Of a stretch of DNA of 64,000 nt, positions 1 to 9,335 are shown one piece after another. Each line of letters opens with the position of its first letter. Positions within the stretch are counted from its first letter, which is position 1. The notes under the pieces were generated by a model. The model was not told the origin of the DNA, made no database searches, and worked only from the letters and a program-made list of their open reading frames with translations. This stretch comes from Myxococcota bacterium (lineage in GTDB: Bacteria > Myxococcota_A > SURF-8): the NCBI GenBank assembly GCA_963674735.2, contig CAXXQS010000001.1, positions 416,001 to 480,000 on the forward strand, read 5' to 3'. Made by a program: the position numbers and the translations under genes.

Positions 1-1085
1 TCGTATTCTCGTTCGAGCCGCTCCTGGACAACCTCCATATGCAGCAGTCCCAAATAGCCGCAACGGAAGCCGAAGCCCAAAGCCTGCGAGGTTTCAGGCT
101 CGTAAATGAACGAGTAATCGTTGAGCTTGAGTTTGTCGAGGGCTTCGCGCAACTGGCCGTAATCCGATGGATCGGTGGGGTAAAGCCCCGAAAATACCAT
201 CGGTTTGGCTGCCTTGAAACCGGCCATGGGAGCGGCTGTCGGGCGTTCGACATGTGTGACGGTGTCACCCACGCGGGCGTATTCGATGTCTTTGATTCCC
301 GCAACGATGTAACCGACCTCGCCCGCCATCAACGACTTGCTGGAGGTCATGTTGGGCTGAAAAACACCGACATCCTGCACCAGAAAGCGACCCTTGGTTT
401 GCATGAACAGGATTTCGTCGTTTTTCTTGATCGTCCCTTCGAAAACGCGCACCAGGATGATGACGCCCTGGTAGGAGTCGTACCAGCTGTCGAAGATCAG
501 CGCCTTGAGCGGTTCGTCCGTATCGCCCGCCGGGGGGGGGATTTTGGCGACGATCTGTTCGAGCACCTCTTCCATGTTCAACCCGGTTTTGGCACTCACC
601 GCCACCGCGTCTTCACAATCGAGCCCGACCACTTCTTCCACATCCGCCCGTACCCGCTCGATATCGGCCGAAGCGAGATCGATCTTGTTGAAAACCGTGA
701 TGATTTCCAAGTCGTTGTCGATGGCCAGATAGACATTCGCCAAGGTTTGGGCTTCGACGCCCTGGGTGGCATCCACGACCAGCAGCGCGCCGTCGCAAGA
801 AGCGAGGCTGCGCGACACTTCGTAATTGAAGTCCACGTGGCCGGGGGTGTCGATCAGGTTGAGAATGTACTCTTTCCCGTCGTGGGCGGTATAGGGCAGA
901 CGAACGGCCTGAGATTTGATGGTAATACCGCGCTCACGTTCGAGGTCCATGCGGTCGAGAAACTGCTCTTTCATATCCCGGTCGGAAACGACGCCGGTGA
1001 GTTGCAGAAGGCGATCGGCCAAGGTTGATTTCCCATGGTCGATATGTGCAATGATAGAGAAGTTCCGAATGCGTTCCTGTTTCAT
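1..1085 (-). CDS. lepA: Elongation factor 4 (LepA), 5' part; runs off the window edge
   Basis: Minus-strand read from ATG at 1085 gives [31 protein letters not shown]...ERERGITIK...[10 protein letters not shown] (G1/G2/G3 GTPase motifs of LepA). Not in the ORF track because there is no stop in the window. ATGA overlap with the lapB stop. Confidence 0.97.
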   Translation of the reverse strand, partial: MKQERIRNFSIIAHIDHGKSTLADRLLQLTGVVSDRDMKEQFLDRMDLERERGITIKSQAVRLPYTAHDGKEYILNLIDTPGHVDFNYEVSRSLASCDGALLVVDATQGVEAQTLANVYLAIDNDLEIITVFNKIDLASADIERVRADVEEVVGLDCEDAVAVSAKTGLNMEEVLEQIVAKIPPPAGDTDEPLKALIFDSWYDSYQGVIILVRVFEGTIKKNDEILFMQTKGRFLVQDVGVFQPNMTSSKSLMAGEVGYIVAGIKDIEYARVGDTVTHVERPTAAPMAGFKAAKPMVFSGLYPTDPSDYGQLREALDKLKLNDYSFIYEPETSQALGFGFRCGYLGLLHMEVVQERLEREY

Positions 1086-2254
1086 GATTTACTTTCAACT
1101 GACGATAAGGATTCATCCGGGAAATACGTTGCCCAAGCCTGGCATTTTGGACAAAACCAGCCGAGCCTGATACGCGTTTCGCCACAGTTCGAGCAGGTCC
1201 ATTTTTCCTGGTGCACGGACGAATCGGGCAGGGTCAGTTGGAGACGTTTGACCTCCGCTAAGATGGCGGGGGTTGTTGCGCCGTCCACCAGAAGGGCGCG
1301 AATCGCTTCGCGCGCCTTGCTTTCTTCGCCTTGTTCGCGCAGCCGGATGGCCTGCTGTACGCGTGTACTTAGCCTGAAAGCGCACTCGCCGTCAAGCTGT
1401 TCTTGCAGGAAGGTGTCGATCCACTCGGGATGCTCTGCGGCGACGGCGATCCGCCGAAATTCGTCAAGCAAGATAGCCGCGGCGGCGGGCTCCGATGCAA
1501 GGGCTTCTTTGAGCGCCTTGATAGCCGGTTTCGGCTTGCCTTTGTGATTGTGATAACGCGCAAAAGCCTGGGCTACGTGTGCTGAGCGGGGAGCGCGTTG
1601 CAGGGCGTCTTTCAGGTAGGCGCGGGCTGCGTCCGGCTCTTTCGTTTCGATGTCGTGTAGGGCCAGTTCGGCCAGGACATGCGCCAGCAGGTCGCTCCTA
1701 TCCTCACCCGTGAGCTTTTCGAGGCGGCGGACGGCACGAGCGGCAGCGGCCCAGTCATTGAGTGGCATGGCCAGTTCAAGTAGGCGTTCCCACGGTTCCA
1801 CCCAGCGCGGGGCTTGTTCGACCAGTTCCAGAAAGACGGCAAGTCCACGGCGCGGCAGGTTGGCCGCCACGTAATCTTCGGCCAGTTCGAATTGGGCACG
1901 ATGCTTGAGATTGTCGTCGTCGAGGTCGTTTTGAATGATCAGGTTTTGATGTACCAGGATGGCCCGCTGGTGCTGACCGGTCTTGCGGAACAGTCGACCA
2001 AGGACGAAGTAGGTATCGATCTTTTCTGGGTCATCCCGTACGACAGAGCGAAATTCTTCAATCGCCGCCGACCAATCTTCCTCCAGAATCCGATAGGCTC
2101 CGCGTAACAGATTCAGGCGTAGGGCCTCGGCGTTTTTTGACGGCCGGCCGCGCCGTTTTATCGTGACGATCAACACCACTACCGTGGCGACGAAGAGTCC
2201 GGCGGCGAATCCAATGATGTAATTCCAATAAGGGGCCATCATGTTTGCGATCAT
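1082..2254 (-). CDS. lapB: Lipopolysaccharide assembly protein B (TPR repeats + C-terminal rubredoxin-like domain)
   Basis: N-terminal TM, TPR helices ([21 protein letters not shown]), C-terminal CSNCG...CPKCQAW; directly downstream of a lapA-like gene. Confidence 0.85.
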   Translation of the reverse strand: MIANMMAPYWNYIIGFAAGLFVATVVVLIVTIKRRGRPSKNAEALRLNLLRGAYRILEEDWSAAIEEFRSVVRDDPEKIDTYFVLGRLFRKTGQHQRAILVHQNLIIQNDLDDDNLKHRAQFELAEDYVAANLPRRGLAVFLELVEQAPRWVEPWERLLELAMPLNDWAAAARAVRRLEKLTGEDRSDLLAHVLAELALHDIETKEPDAARAYLKDALQRAPRSAHVAQAFARYHNHKGKPKPAIKALKEALASEPAAAAILLDEFRRIAVAAEHPEWIDTFLQEQLDGECAFRLSTRVQQAIRLREQGEESKAREAIRALLVDGATTPAILAEVKRLQLTLPDSSVHQEKWTCSNCGETRIRLGWFCPKCQAWATYFPDESLSSVESKS

Positions 2255-2619
2255 GAGTTGGAAGTTTCGTCCGGCGATTCGGTCGCCGAATCGTCATCTT
2301 CGATGTCTCCGGCCAAATCGGCTTCGTAGAGCGGGCGGTTGCGCAGGGCTACCAATTCTTGCTCGGTATCGCGGATGCGCCTTTGTAGTCGCCTGACCTG
2401 GCGGCGGTGCTTGAGCGAGAGCCAGAGGGTGACCAGCCCCATCAAGCCGACTCCGATAAAGAGACTGGACAGAACCACGACCGACAACCAGACGGGGAGT
2501 GTTTCATAGTACAGAAACGTAAGTTTGACCGGCTGTTTATTGGTGAGGACAAAGACGACGGCGGCGACACCCAGCAGGATGCCGATCAAAATGAGAAAAA
2601 TACGTTTGGTGTTTTTCAT
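2251..2619 (-). CDS. lapA: LapA family (DUF1049) inner-membrane protein
   Basis: Two TM segments with N-x3-V-x-L-x-F between them and a coiled-coil tail; overlaps the lapB start. Confidence 0.8.
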   Translation of the reverse strand: MKNTKRIFLILIGILLGVAAVVFVLTNKQPVKLTFLYYETLPVWLSVVVLSSLFIGVGLMGLVTLWLSLKHRRQVRRLQRRIRDTEQELVALRNRPLYEADLAGDIEDDDSATESPDETSNS

Positions 2620-2627
2620 GGTGACTC

Positions 2628-3521
2628 CTACGGCTCACTCCGAAATCTCAATCCGCCTCTGAGCATCGTCCACAACTCGCCACGTACGCCCGATACGGCC
2701 GATTCAAACAGCTTTTCGATGTAACCGAGTGTTTCTTTTTTCGGATAGGCCAACTTGGGGTCTTTCTCCATGTTTGCCTGTTTGGCCGCGTAAGTCACGG
2801 CATCGCGGAAGCTGCCCATTTCATCCACCAGTTGGTGTTCTTTGGCTTGACGACCCGACAAAATGCGGCCGTCGGCAATGGGACGTACCACGTCTTTATC
2901 CAAGCCGCGCGCGGTGGCCACGGCGCTGAGGAATTGATCGTAGACATCCATAAGCAGGGACTGAATCAACTGGTCGTCTTGTTCGGTCATGCGTCGCATG
3001 GGCGACAGGGTGTCTTTGTGTTTGCCGGATTTGTAGGTATTGAACTCGATTTTCAGGACCTTGAACATCTCTTCCAGATAGGTGGTTTGCAGAATGACAC
3101 CGATGGAGCCGGTTAGGGTTCCGGGACTGGCGAAGACGTAATCCGCCGCACAACCGATGTAGTAACCACCCGACGCGGCCAGTGAACCCATCGAGGTAAC
3201 CACCGGTTTGACTCCGCGTAACTTGAAGACTTCGCTGTAGATTTCCTGAGAAGGGGCGACCGCTCCGCCGGGAGAATCGATGCGCAGCACGATGGCCTTG
3301 ATGTCGTCGTCGGTTGCGAAGGTGTGCAGGGCTTCGAGTGTCTGCTGGCTGTCTTCGATGGGACCGATGATTTCAATCACCCCGATGCGTTCTCCGCCGG
3401 AAAGGTCGGCTTCGATGCCCATGAAGCTGATCAGCAGAAGGAAGATAAAGCCGAACATCATCAGGAATCCGGCTCCCAGTAACACGACGACCAGTGTAAG
3501 GTTCTGGCGTTCCGTTTCCAT
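2628..3521 (-). CDS. sppA: Signal peptide peptidase SppA (36K type, S49)
   Basis: LRIDSPGG, AASGGYY, GSIGV and KSGKHKD motifs. Confidence 0.95.
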   Translation of the reverse strand: METERQNLTLVVVLLGAGFLMMFGFIFLLLISFMGIEADLSGGERIGVIEIIGPIEDSQQTLEALHTFATDDDIKAIVLRIDSPGGAVAPSQEIYSEVFKLRGVKPVVTSMGSLAASGGYYIGCAADYVFASPGTLTGSIGVILQTTYLEEMFKVLKIEFNTYKSGKHKDTLSPMRRMTEQDDQLIQSLLMDVYDQFLSAVATARGLDKDVVRPIADGRILSGRQAKEHQLVDEMGSFRDAVTYAAKQANMEKDPKLAYPKKETLGYIEKLFESAVSGVRGELWTMLRGGLRFRSEP

Positions 3522-3564
3522 ATATCCCTCTCCGTAAATATCCTATTAAAGACAGCGAACCATT

Positions 3565-4542
3565 TTAGAATAGAAGCCACAGCCCTGCAACATAAATACA
3601 GGTTAGAAGCCAGGAATCGGCCCGCATCGGACCGAAACGGCGTTCGGAGCCCAGCCGGGCGGCGATCAAGAGTGCAACGCTCATCAGCGCCACCTCACCT
3701 AGCACCAGGAGATGCTGTTCGGTGAAGTGAGTGAAAAGGCCCCCCGGTCCCTCGGCCAAATCCACCAGTCCGAGGATACTGAGGTTGAAGATGTTGCTTC
3801 CGTAAATATTCCCGAGTGAAAGGCTCATCTGACCCATCCGTGCAGCCGAAATCGAAACCGCCAATTCGGGTAACGATGTGGCGATGGCCAGGAAAATCGC
3901 TCCGACGATCGATCCGCCCAAGCCTGTTTGTTCGGCGATGCGGTCGCAAATCCCGGAGAGCCACACGCTGGTTCCGACCAAGGCGGCGGCAGCAACGAAA
4001 GTTTTAAGCAACAAACCCGTCAACGCGGGTTTGGGTGACGGAGGGGCCTCAGGTGGATTTTGCGGAGGCGGCTCGACTTGGCGTTGTTCGTCCCGGAACA
4101 ACACCCACAGGCTGACCAAGTAGGCCGCCAGAATCGCGGCCGACAGCGGATGCAGGTAGAAGGAGGGCAAAGAGGTCGCCGTGCCGACTCCTAACGTTAC
4201 CAGAGCCAAAAGACCGAGCGACAGCAGGCCGGCGGTATAGCCGTCCCGTCCTTGACGCTTTACTCGGAAAAAGACATCGATGACCACGATGATCAGCAGA
4301 TTGAAGGTGCAGGATCCGAGCAGGTTACCGATGGCCATGTCGACGGCGTCGAAGAGCAACACGGCGCTCAGCGATGTGACCACCTCCGGCAGCGACGTGC
4401 TGGCCCCGAGAAGCAGGGCTCCGATGAACGCCCGCCCGATGCCGGTTTGCTCGGCCAGTTCGTCGGCATAGCGCGTAATGGTGGCTCCCACCCAGACGAC
4501 CAGTGCGGCGGCGATAAAAAATTGCAGCCAGGTAAACCACAT
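3565..4542 (-). CDS. Na+/Ca2+ antiporter (CaCA/YrbG family)
   Basis: Two alpha repeats (TSLPE...GNLLGS and TSLPE...GNIYGSNIFN); about 10 TM segments. Confidence 0.9.
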   Translation of the reverse strand: MWFTWLQFFIAAALVVWVGATITRYADELAEQTGIGRAFIGALLLGASTSLPEVVTSLSAVLLFDAVDMAIGNLLGSCTFNLLIIVVIDVFFRVKRQGRDGYTAGLLSLGLLALVTLGVGTATSLPSFYLHPLSAAILAAYLVSLWVLFRDEQRQVEPPPQNPPEAPPSPKPALTGLLLKTFVAAAALVGTSVWLSGICDRIAEQTGLGGSIVGAIFLAIATSLPELAVSISAARMGQMSLSLGNIYGSNIFNLSILGLVDLAEGPGGLFTHFTEQHLLVLGEVALMSVALLIAARLGSERRFGPMRADSWLLTCIYVAGLWLLF

Positions 4543-4560
4543 GCCTTCTGCGACCTTTCG

Positions 4561-4599
4561 AAAAAAAAGCGACCGGCCCTCGAAATGAGGCCGGCCGCT
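4561..4599 (-). terminator. Rho-independent terminator after rpsA
   Basis: Minus strand: AGCGGCCGGCC-loop-GGCCGGTCGCT followed by a T run. Confidence 0.8.
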
Positions 4600-4623
4600 A
4601 AGGTTTGACTGGATTCCGGCCGA

Positions 4624-6561
4624 TTACTCGGACTTCTCCGTGTCGGTTGCTTCGGTGTTTTCTTCCGCGACAGGAGCTTCGACAGCTTCTTCGACAGGAG
4701 CTTCGACGGCTTCCTCGGCCGTGGCTTCAACGGCTTCTTCGGCGGGAGCTTCGACGGCTTCTTCGGCGGGAGCTTCGACGGCTTCCGCTGCGGGAGCTTC
4801 GACGGCTTCCTCGACAGGAGCTTCAACAGCTTTTTCGGCCGGGGCTTCGTCCGAACCGAAGGCACCGAGTTTGGCCTGGATGGCGGCACCCAGGTTGGTG
4901 GTGGAGCTCATTTCCTGGTTCATGAACTCGGCCATTTCCAGCTTTTCCTGGTTGTTCAGCAGGGAGCGGATGGACAGGGCAATGCGGCGTTCGGCCGGAT
5001 CGATGTGTTTGATCTCGGCTTTGACCTGCTGGCCCTCTTTGACCGCGCTGGACGGATCGTCGATGCGTTCGGCCGACAGCTCGGAAATATGGATCAGGCC
5101 TTCCACGCCGTCCTCGATCTCCATGAAAGCACCGAAATCGGTGATTTTGGAAATCACGCCGGTAACCACCATGCCGGAATAGTACTTCTCGGGAATCCGC
5201 TTCCAGGGATCCGGTACCAACTGCTTGATACCCAGGGAGAAGCGCTCTTTGTCGGGATCGATATTGAGCACGACGGCTTCGATTTCCTGGTTTTTCTGAT
5301 AGATTTCGCCCGGATGTTTGATTTTCTGCGTCCACGAGATATCGGAGACATGCACCAGACCGTCGATGCCCTCTTCGATGCCGATGAAGATACCGAAATC
5401 GGTGATGTTACGGATGCGGCCACGAATAACCGTGCCGACCGGGTATTTTTCCTGCAACTGCAGCCAGGGATTGGGCTCCACTTGCTTCATACCGAGGCTG
5501 ATGCGACGGTTGGATACATCGATGTCCAGAATGATCACGTCGACGGTATCGCCAACGGAAACCAGTTTGGACGGATGCTTGACACGCTTGACCCAGCTCA
5601 TCTCGGAAACGTGGATCAGGCCTTCGACGCCTTCTTCCAACTCGACGAAAGCGCCGTAATCCGTGAGGCTGACCACCTTGCCCGAAACCTTGGTTTCGAC
5701 CGGGTATTTCACTTCGGCATTGGCCCACGGGTCGGGGGACATCTGTTTGAGACCCAGAGATACACGTTCGCTTTCCTGGTCGAACTTCAGCACCTTGACC
5801 TGGACTTCGTCGCCGATACCGAACATTTCGGACGGATGGTTGACGCGGCCCCAACTCATATCGGTGATATGCAGCAGGCCGTCGATTCCGCCCAAGTCGA
5901 CGAAGGCGCCGTAGTTGGTGATGTTTTTGATGATACCGGTGACAACCTTGCTTTCCTGGAGGTTTTCGAGGGTCTTGGTTTTGAGCTCCTCGCGTTCCTT
6001 TTCGAGCAGGGCACGACGCGACAGAACGATGTTGCCGCGTTTCTTGTTGAATTTAATGACCTTGAACTTCATCTTCTGGCCGATGAGTTTGTCAAGGTTG
6101 CGGACCGGCCGCAGATCGACCTGGGAGCCCGGCAGGAAGGCTTTTACGCCGATATCGACCGACAGACCACCCTTGATGCGGGCGACGATGGTTCCTTCGA
6201 TAAGCTCGTCTCGTTCGCAGGCGGCGCAGATTTCGTCCCACACCTTCTGACGATCGGCTTTTTCTTTCGAAAGAACGATCTGGCCGTCTTCATCTTCGAT
6301 TTCTTCCAGAATCACGTCGACGACGTCGCCTTCGGCAACCGTCATCTGACCTCGGTGATCCATGAATTCGTCGATGTCGATTTGACCTTCCGACTTGTAG
6401 CCGATGTCGACCAGTACGAAATCCTTCGTAAGATGCAACACCGTGCCTTGGACCATGTCACCTTCTTTCAAGTCGCGCGTTTGCAGGCTCGACTCGAACA
6501 GGGTGGCAAAATCCTCTTCCATTTCTTCGCCGATCTCCGGCTTTTCAAATTCCTGGTTCAT
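4624..6561 (-). CDS. rpsA: 30S ribosomal protein S1 with acidic repetitive C-terminal tail
   Basis: Six S1 domains (DIGYKSEG, AFLPGSQVD, YGAFVDLGGIDGLLHITDMSW etc.). Start set at MNQEFEK (6561); the ORF-track start at 6633 is possible but less likely. Confidence 0.97.
   Translation of the reverse strand: MNQEFEKPEIGEEMEEDFATLFESSLQTRDLKEGDMVQGTVLHLTKDFVLVDIGYKSEGQIDIDEFMDHRGQMTVAEGDVVDVILEEIEDEDGQIVLSKEKADRQKVWDEICAACERDELIEGTIVARIKGGLSVDIGVKAFLPGSQVDLRPVRNLDKLIGQKMKFKVIKFNKKRGNIVLSRRALLEKEREELKTKTLENLQESKVVTGIIKNITNYGAFVDLGGIDGLLHITDMSWGRVNHPSEMFGIGDEVQVKVLKFDQESERVSLGLKQMSPDPWANAEVKYPVETKVSGKVVSLTDYGAFVELEEGVEGLIHVSEMSWVKRVKHPSKLVSVGDTVDVIILDIDVSNRRISLGMKQVEPNPWLQLQEKYPVGTVIRGRIRNITDFGIFIGIEEGIDGLVHVSDISWTQKIKHPGEIYQKNQEIEAVVLNIDPDKERFSLGIKQLVPDPWKRIPEKYYSGMVVTGVISKITDFGAFMEIEDGVEGLIHISELSAERIDDPSSAVKEGQQVKAEIKHIDPAERRIALSIRSLLNNQEKLEMAEFMNQEMSSTTNLGAAIQAKLGAFGSDEAPAEKAVEAPVEEAVEAPAAEAVEAPAEEAVEAPAEEAVEATAEEAVEAPVEEAVEAPVAEENTEATDTEKSE
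4660..4845 (-). repeat. Coding tandem repeat, ~24-bp unit (A/V-E-E-A-V-E-A-P) x ~7
   Basis: Repeated ggagcttcgacggcttcttc-type units; protein EAPAEKAVEAPVEEAVEAPAAEAVEAPAEEAVEAPAEEAVEATAEEAVEAPVEEAVEAP. Confidence 0.85.
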
Positions 6562-6647
6562 GTTAGTAATTTCGCGCTCCCGATGGTTCTGGTACCCGCG
6601 GCGGGGAGCATACGTCCGCGGTTCCCAAGCCAATTAGCAGGGACCGC

Positions 6648-6676
6648 ACTTTACTTGTTTTCCTTAATGATGTCAA
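6648..6676 (-). promoter_or_regulatory. Sigma70-type promoter for rpsA
   Basis: Minus strand TTGACA-17 nt-TAAAGT. Confidence 0.65.
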
Positions 6677-6722
6677 AAGTTTTTTTCCCTCTGTCCTTAT
6701 GTTGAAGACGAGGGAAAAAGGA

Positions 6723-9098
6723 TCAGGTTTTCATGCGCAAAAGAGACATTTTGGCCGCCTCCGCCACTTCCGGATGATTGTCTTTTCCGGCTATTTTCAG
6801 GGCTTTAGCTACTTCATCGGAGGGATAGCCGGCCAATGCCATGGCGATGCGGGCGCGAAGCTGGTGAGATTTGGTCCGATTTCTCGAAAAAAGCCCTTCC
6901 TTTTTGAGCGCAACGATCAGGTAGGGAACAACGGATTCGTTGCGCATTTTTTCGAGAGCCATAACGGCTTCCATCTGCAACGCATCGTCTTCTTCGACTT
7001 GCGCGATGCTGCGTTTTTCGATGATTTTCGCTATCGATTCGATCGATTCCTGGTCGCGTAATGTTCCCAAAATGGCGATGACCTGTCGCCGGATGATGGG
7101 ATCGGAGTCGTTGAGATGTATGCGGATGGTTTCGACGGCCGACTCGGGGTCGAGGGTGGCGAGGGCTTTGATCGCTTCTTTGCGGACGCGTTGATCCGAG
7201 TGACCCATCAGCGGCTCGACCCATTCCGTGTGGTGTGGTTTGCCAAGATCGCCGATCAGGGTGAGCATGTTGCGGGTGACATACCATTCGTTTTCGCCGT
7301 TTTTCAGTTCGTCATGGGCGACATCTAAAACGGCCTTTCCCATTTTCTGAAGCAGAAGCAGAACATTTCGGCGAAGTCGGCGGTCTTCGGCCGTTTTCAG
7401 CAGTTCGACCATGGCACCGATCATGTTCATACCCATATTGACGATCAATTCCGAGACGTATTCGCGGGTGTCCTCTTCTCCATGTTGAAAAACGGTAAGA
7501 AGCATGCGATTGACTTCCTCGGAGGAAATCATGTTGAGTGCGGCGAAAGCACGCTGTTTTTGCTCGGAATGACGTTCCGTTGCAGGATTGGAATGTTTTC
7601 GGAACACGCGAACGATTTTATTGGCGTTTTTATAGTTTTCATTGAAGATGAGTTCACGACCCAATTTCTCTAAAAATTCCGTGATGCCGATATAGACCTT
7701 GCTGTACTCCCATTCCATATCGAGACGATCAACCAGTTTGTCGATGAATCCATCAATGCCTTCGTGGTAGACCACTTCACCTAAAATTTCCACCATGCCC
7801 GAGAGGACCGAAGGGATTTTGTCGCCGGGCACGCGTTCGAACTGCATGATGGCGGTATCCAGGGCCGTTTTGTTGATCGTTCCATCGGCATTGATCAGAT
7901 TGATCTTGTCCAGATCGTCCGAAGCCAGAATACCTTCGGCCTTTTTTCGTAATTCTTCGGCGACATGTTTTTTTAGAAGTCCCGCGCGAATCAGTTTATC
8001 GGCCACACCCTGGAAATGGTCTTTGGTGGAGGTGTTGTTGACGATCATCTTAACTTGTTCTTTGAACGTCCCCACCTTTTCCTGACGTTCTTCTTTCGAG
8101 TAGTCGGTATAGTTTTTCTTGAACTGGTTGACCTGGTCGATCAAGTTGTCCGTATAGCCCATGATCTGGGGGGCTCCCATCTTGTCGATGATCTTCCCCT
8201 GGATATCCAATCTCTGTAATTCCGATTCCTGACCGTCGTTACTGACGAGCAGATTCCCCAATACCTCGCCGTCCATTTCCGCCATGATTTCGGCCAAACC
8301 GTCGCGGAAAACCTCTTTGTCTGCTTCGTCTTGGATGGCATCCAGCATCAATGCGCTGCGGGACAGCAACGCACCGAGTTTGTCGACTTTCAGACGGACG
8401 AACTCGCCCCGTTCAAGTTCTTCTTCGGCTTCGGCCACTTTGGTCAAACTGCGCAGAATTTCCTGGAACTGCTCCTGATCCTGCAAGATCTCCTGAATTT
8501 CTTCGGTATTGACTTGTTGGGCTTCCATCATGTCGCCAAGCAGATACTTGGCCATGAATTTCTGCCGACGCTCCCACTCCTCCAACTCTTCCTGGGTGGT
8601 TGCAACATAGATGCGTTCATTGGTTTGGATATGGGTGATTCCCCGTTCTTTCATCTGCTCGGGGATCGGTGGAAGCTTTTTAAGTTCCTTGGGTTTTTTC
8701 GAAATGATGACCAGAAGATCGATCAACTCGGTGGAGGACGTTCCTTTTTTGAAGGTCAGGCTTTGAATGGCACGTTCGGTCAACGAGATGACGAAATCGC
8801 GGACAGGGGCTTTCTTTCGGTCACGCTCGTCAAGTTGCATGCCATCGATCAAAAGGGTGCCACCGACTTCACTGAAGGTGATCTCGTCCTTGATATCCAG
8901 CACGCCTTCGAGATGTCCGGATACTTTTTCAACGGCGTTGGCGATGGTTTTGGATCCCGGAGGGTAAATTCCAAGCGACACGGTCACAGCGCGGATGGCC
9001 GTGATGAAATCCACAGCAAGGCGGGAAAGCTTGGCATGGGCTATATCCGAAGGCAGCCCTTCTTCGTCGATCTCATAGGTATTCATCAGAAAAATCAT
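6723..9098 (-). CDS. HEAT-repeat domain protein
   Basis: C-terminal HEAT repeats (WYVTRNMLTLIG, DQRVRKEAIKAL, DPIIRRQVIAILG); N-terminal 'IYPPGS' helical domain. Confidence 0.8.
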   Translation of the reverse strand: MIFLMNTYEIDEEGLPSDIAHAKLSRLAVDFITAIRAVTVSLGIYPPGSKTIANAVEKVSGHLEGVLDIKDEITFSEVGGTLLIDGMQLDERDRKKAPVRDFVISLTERAIQSLTFKKGTSSTELIDLLVIISKKPKELKKLPPIPEQMKERGITHIQTNERIYVATTQEELEEWERRQKFMAKYLLGDMMEAQQVNTEEIQEILQDQEQFQEILRSLTKVAEAEEELERGEFVRLKVDKLGALLSRSALMLDAIQDEADKEVFRDGLAEIMAEMDGEVLGNLLVSNDGQESELQRLDIQGKIIDKMGAPQIMGYTDNLIDQVNQFKKNYTDYSKEERQEKVGTFKEQVKMIVNNTSTKDHFQGVADKLIRAGLLKKHVAEELRKKAEGILASDDLDKINLINADGTINKTALDTAIMQFERVPGDKIPSVLSGMVEILGEVVYHEGIDGFIDKLVDRLDMEWEYSKVYIGITEFLEKLGRELIFNENYKNANKIVRVFRKHSNPATERHSEQKQRAFAALNMISSEEVNRMLLTVFQHGEEDTREYVSELIVNMGMNMIGAMVELLKTAEDRRLRRNVLLLLQKMGKAVLDVAHDELKNGENEWYVTRNMLTLIGDLGKPHHTEWVEPLMGHSDQRVRKEAIKALATLDPESAVETIRIHLNDSDPIIRRQVIAILGTLRDQESIESIAKIIEKRSIAQVEEDDALQMEAVMALEKMRNESVVPYLIVALKKEGLFSRNRTKSHQLRARIAMALAGYPSDEVAKALKIAGKDNHPEVAEAAKMSLLRMKT

Positions 9099-9254
9099 CG
9101 GCCTTCCCCATTGGCGCTTTTCGGTTGCGGAGATGAGTATATGTATACAAATAATAGGAAAGTATTCTAGCAGAATTCGGGGTGATAATCAATTATTCGA
9201 AATCGGACGATCTGTTTTAACAAAGAATCTTGTAAAAGGAATCTGCCATGGGCT

Positions 9255-9283
9255 TTGACTCGACTGACTTTTCCGAGTACACT
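9255..9283 (+). promoter_or_regulatory. Sigma70-type promoter for the AOR-moaD operon
   Basis: TTGACT-17 nt-TACACT; GGAGG RBS before ATG at 9336. Confidence 0.55.
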
Positions 9284-9335
9284 TCTCGGGCTGATGGAGA
9301 ACAGTCACCCTTTTTCTAATCGCTTGGAGGATCAG

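Noticed and set aside
532-540. G9 homopolymer as a phase-variation tract
   Set aside because: It encodes the in-frame I-P-P-P motif of LepA.
39-1028. 329-aa plus-strand ORF, and similar long ORFs at 5005-6705, 26280-27479, 28729-30135, 34034-35158, 40763-41890, 42020-43249 and 55056-56180
   Set aside because: Antisense shadows of well-supported genes (lepA, rpsA, trypsin, PEGA, clostripain, HDAC, pnp, propeller lipoprotein), as expected in GC-rich DNA.
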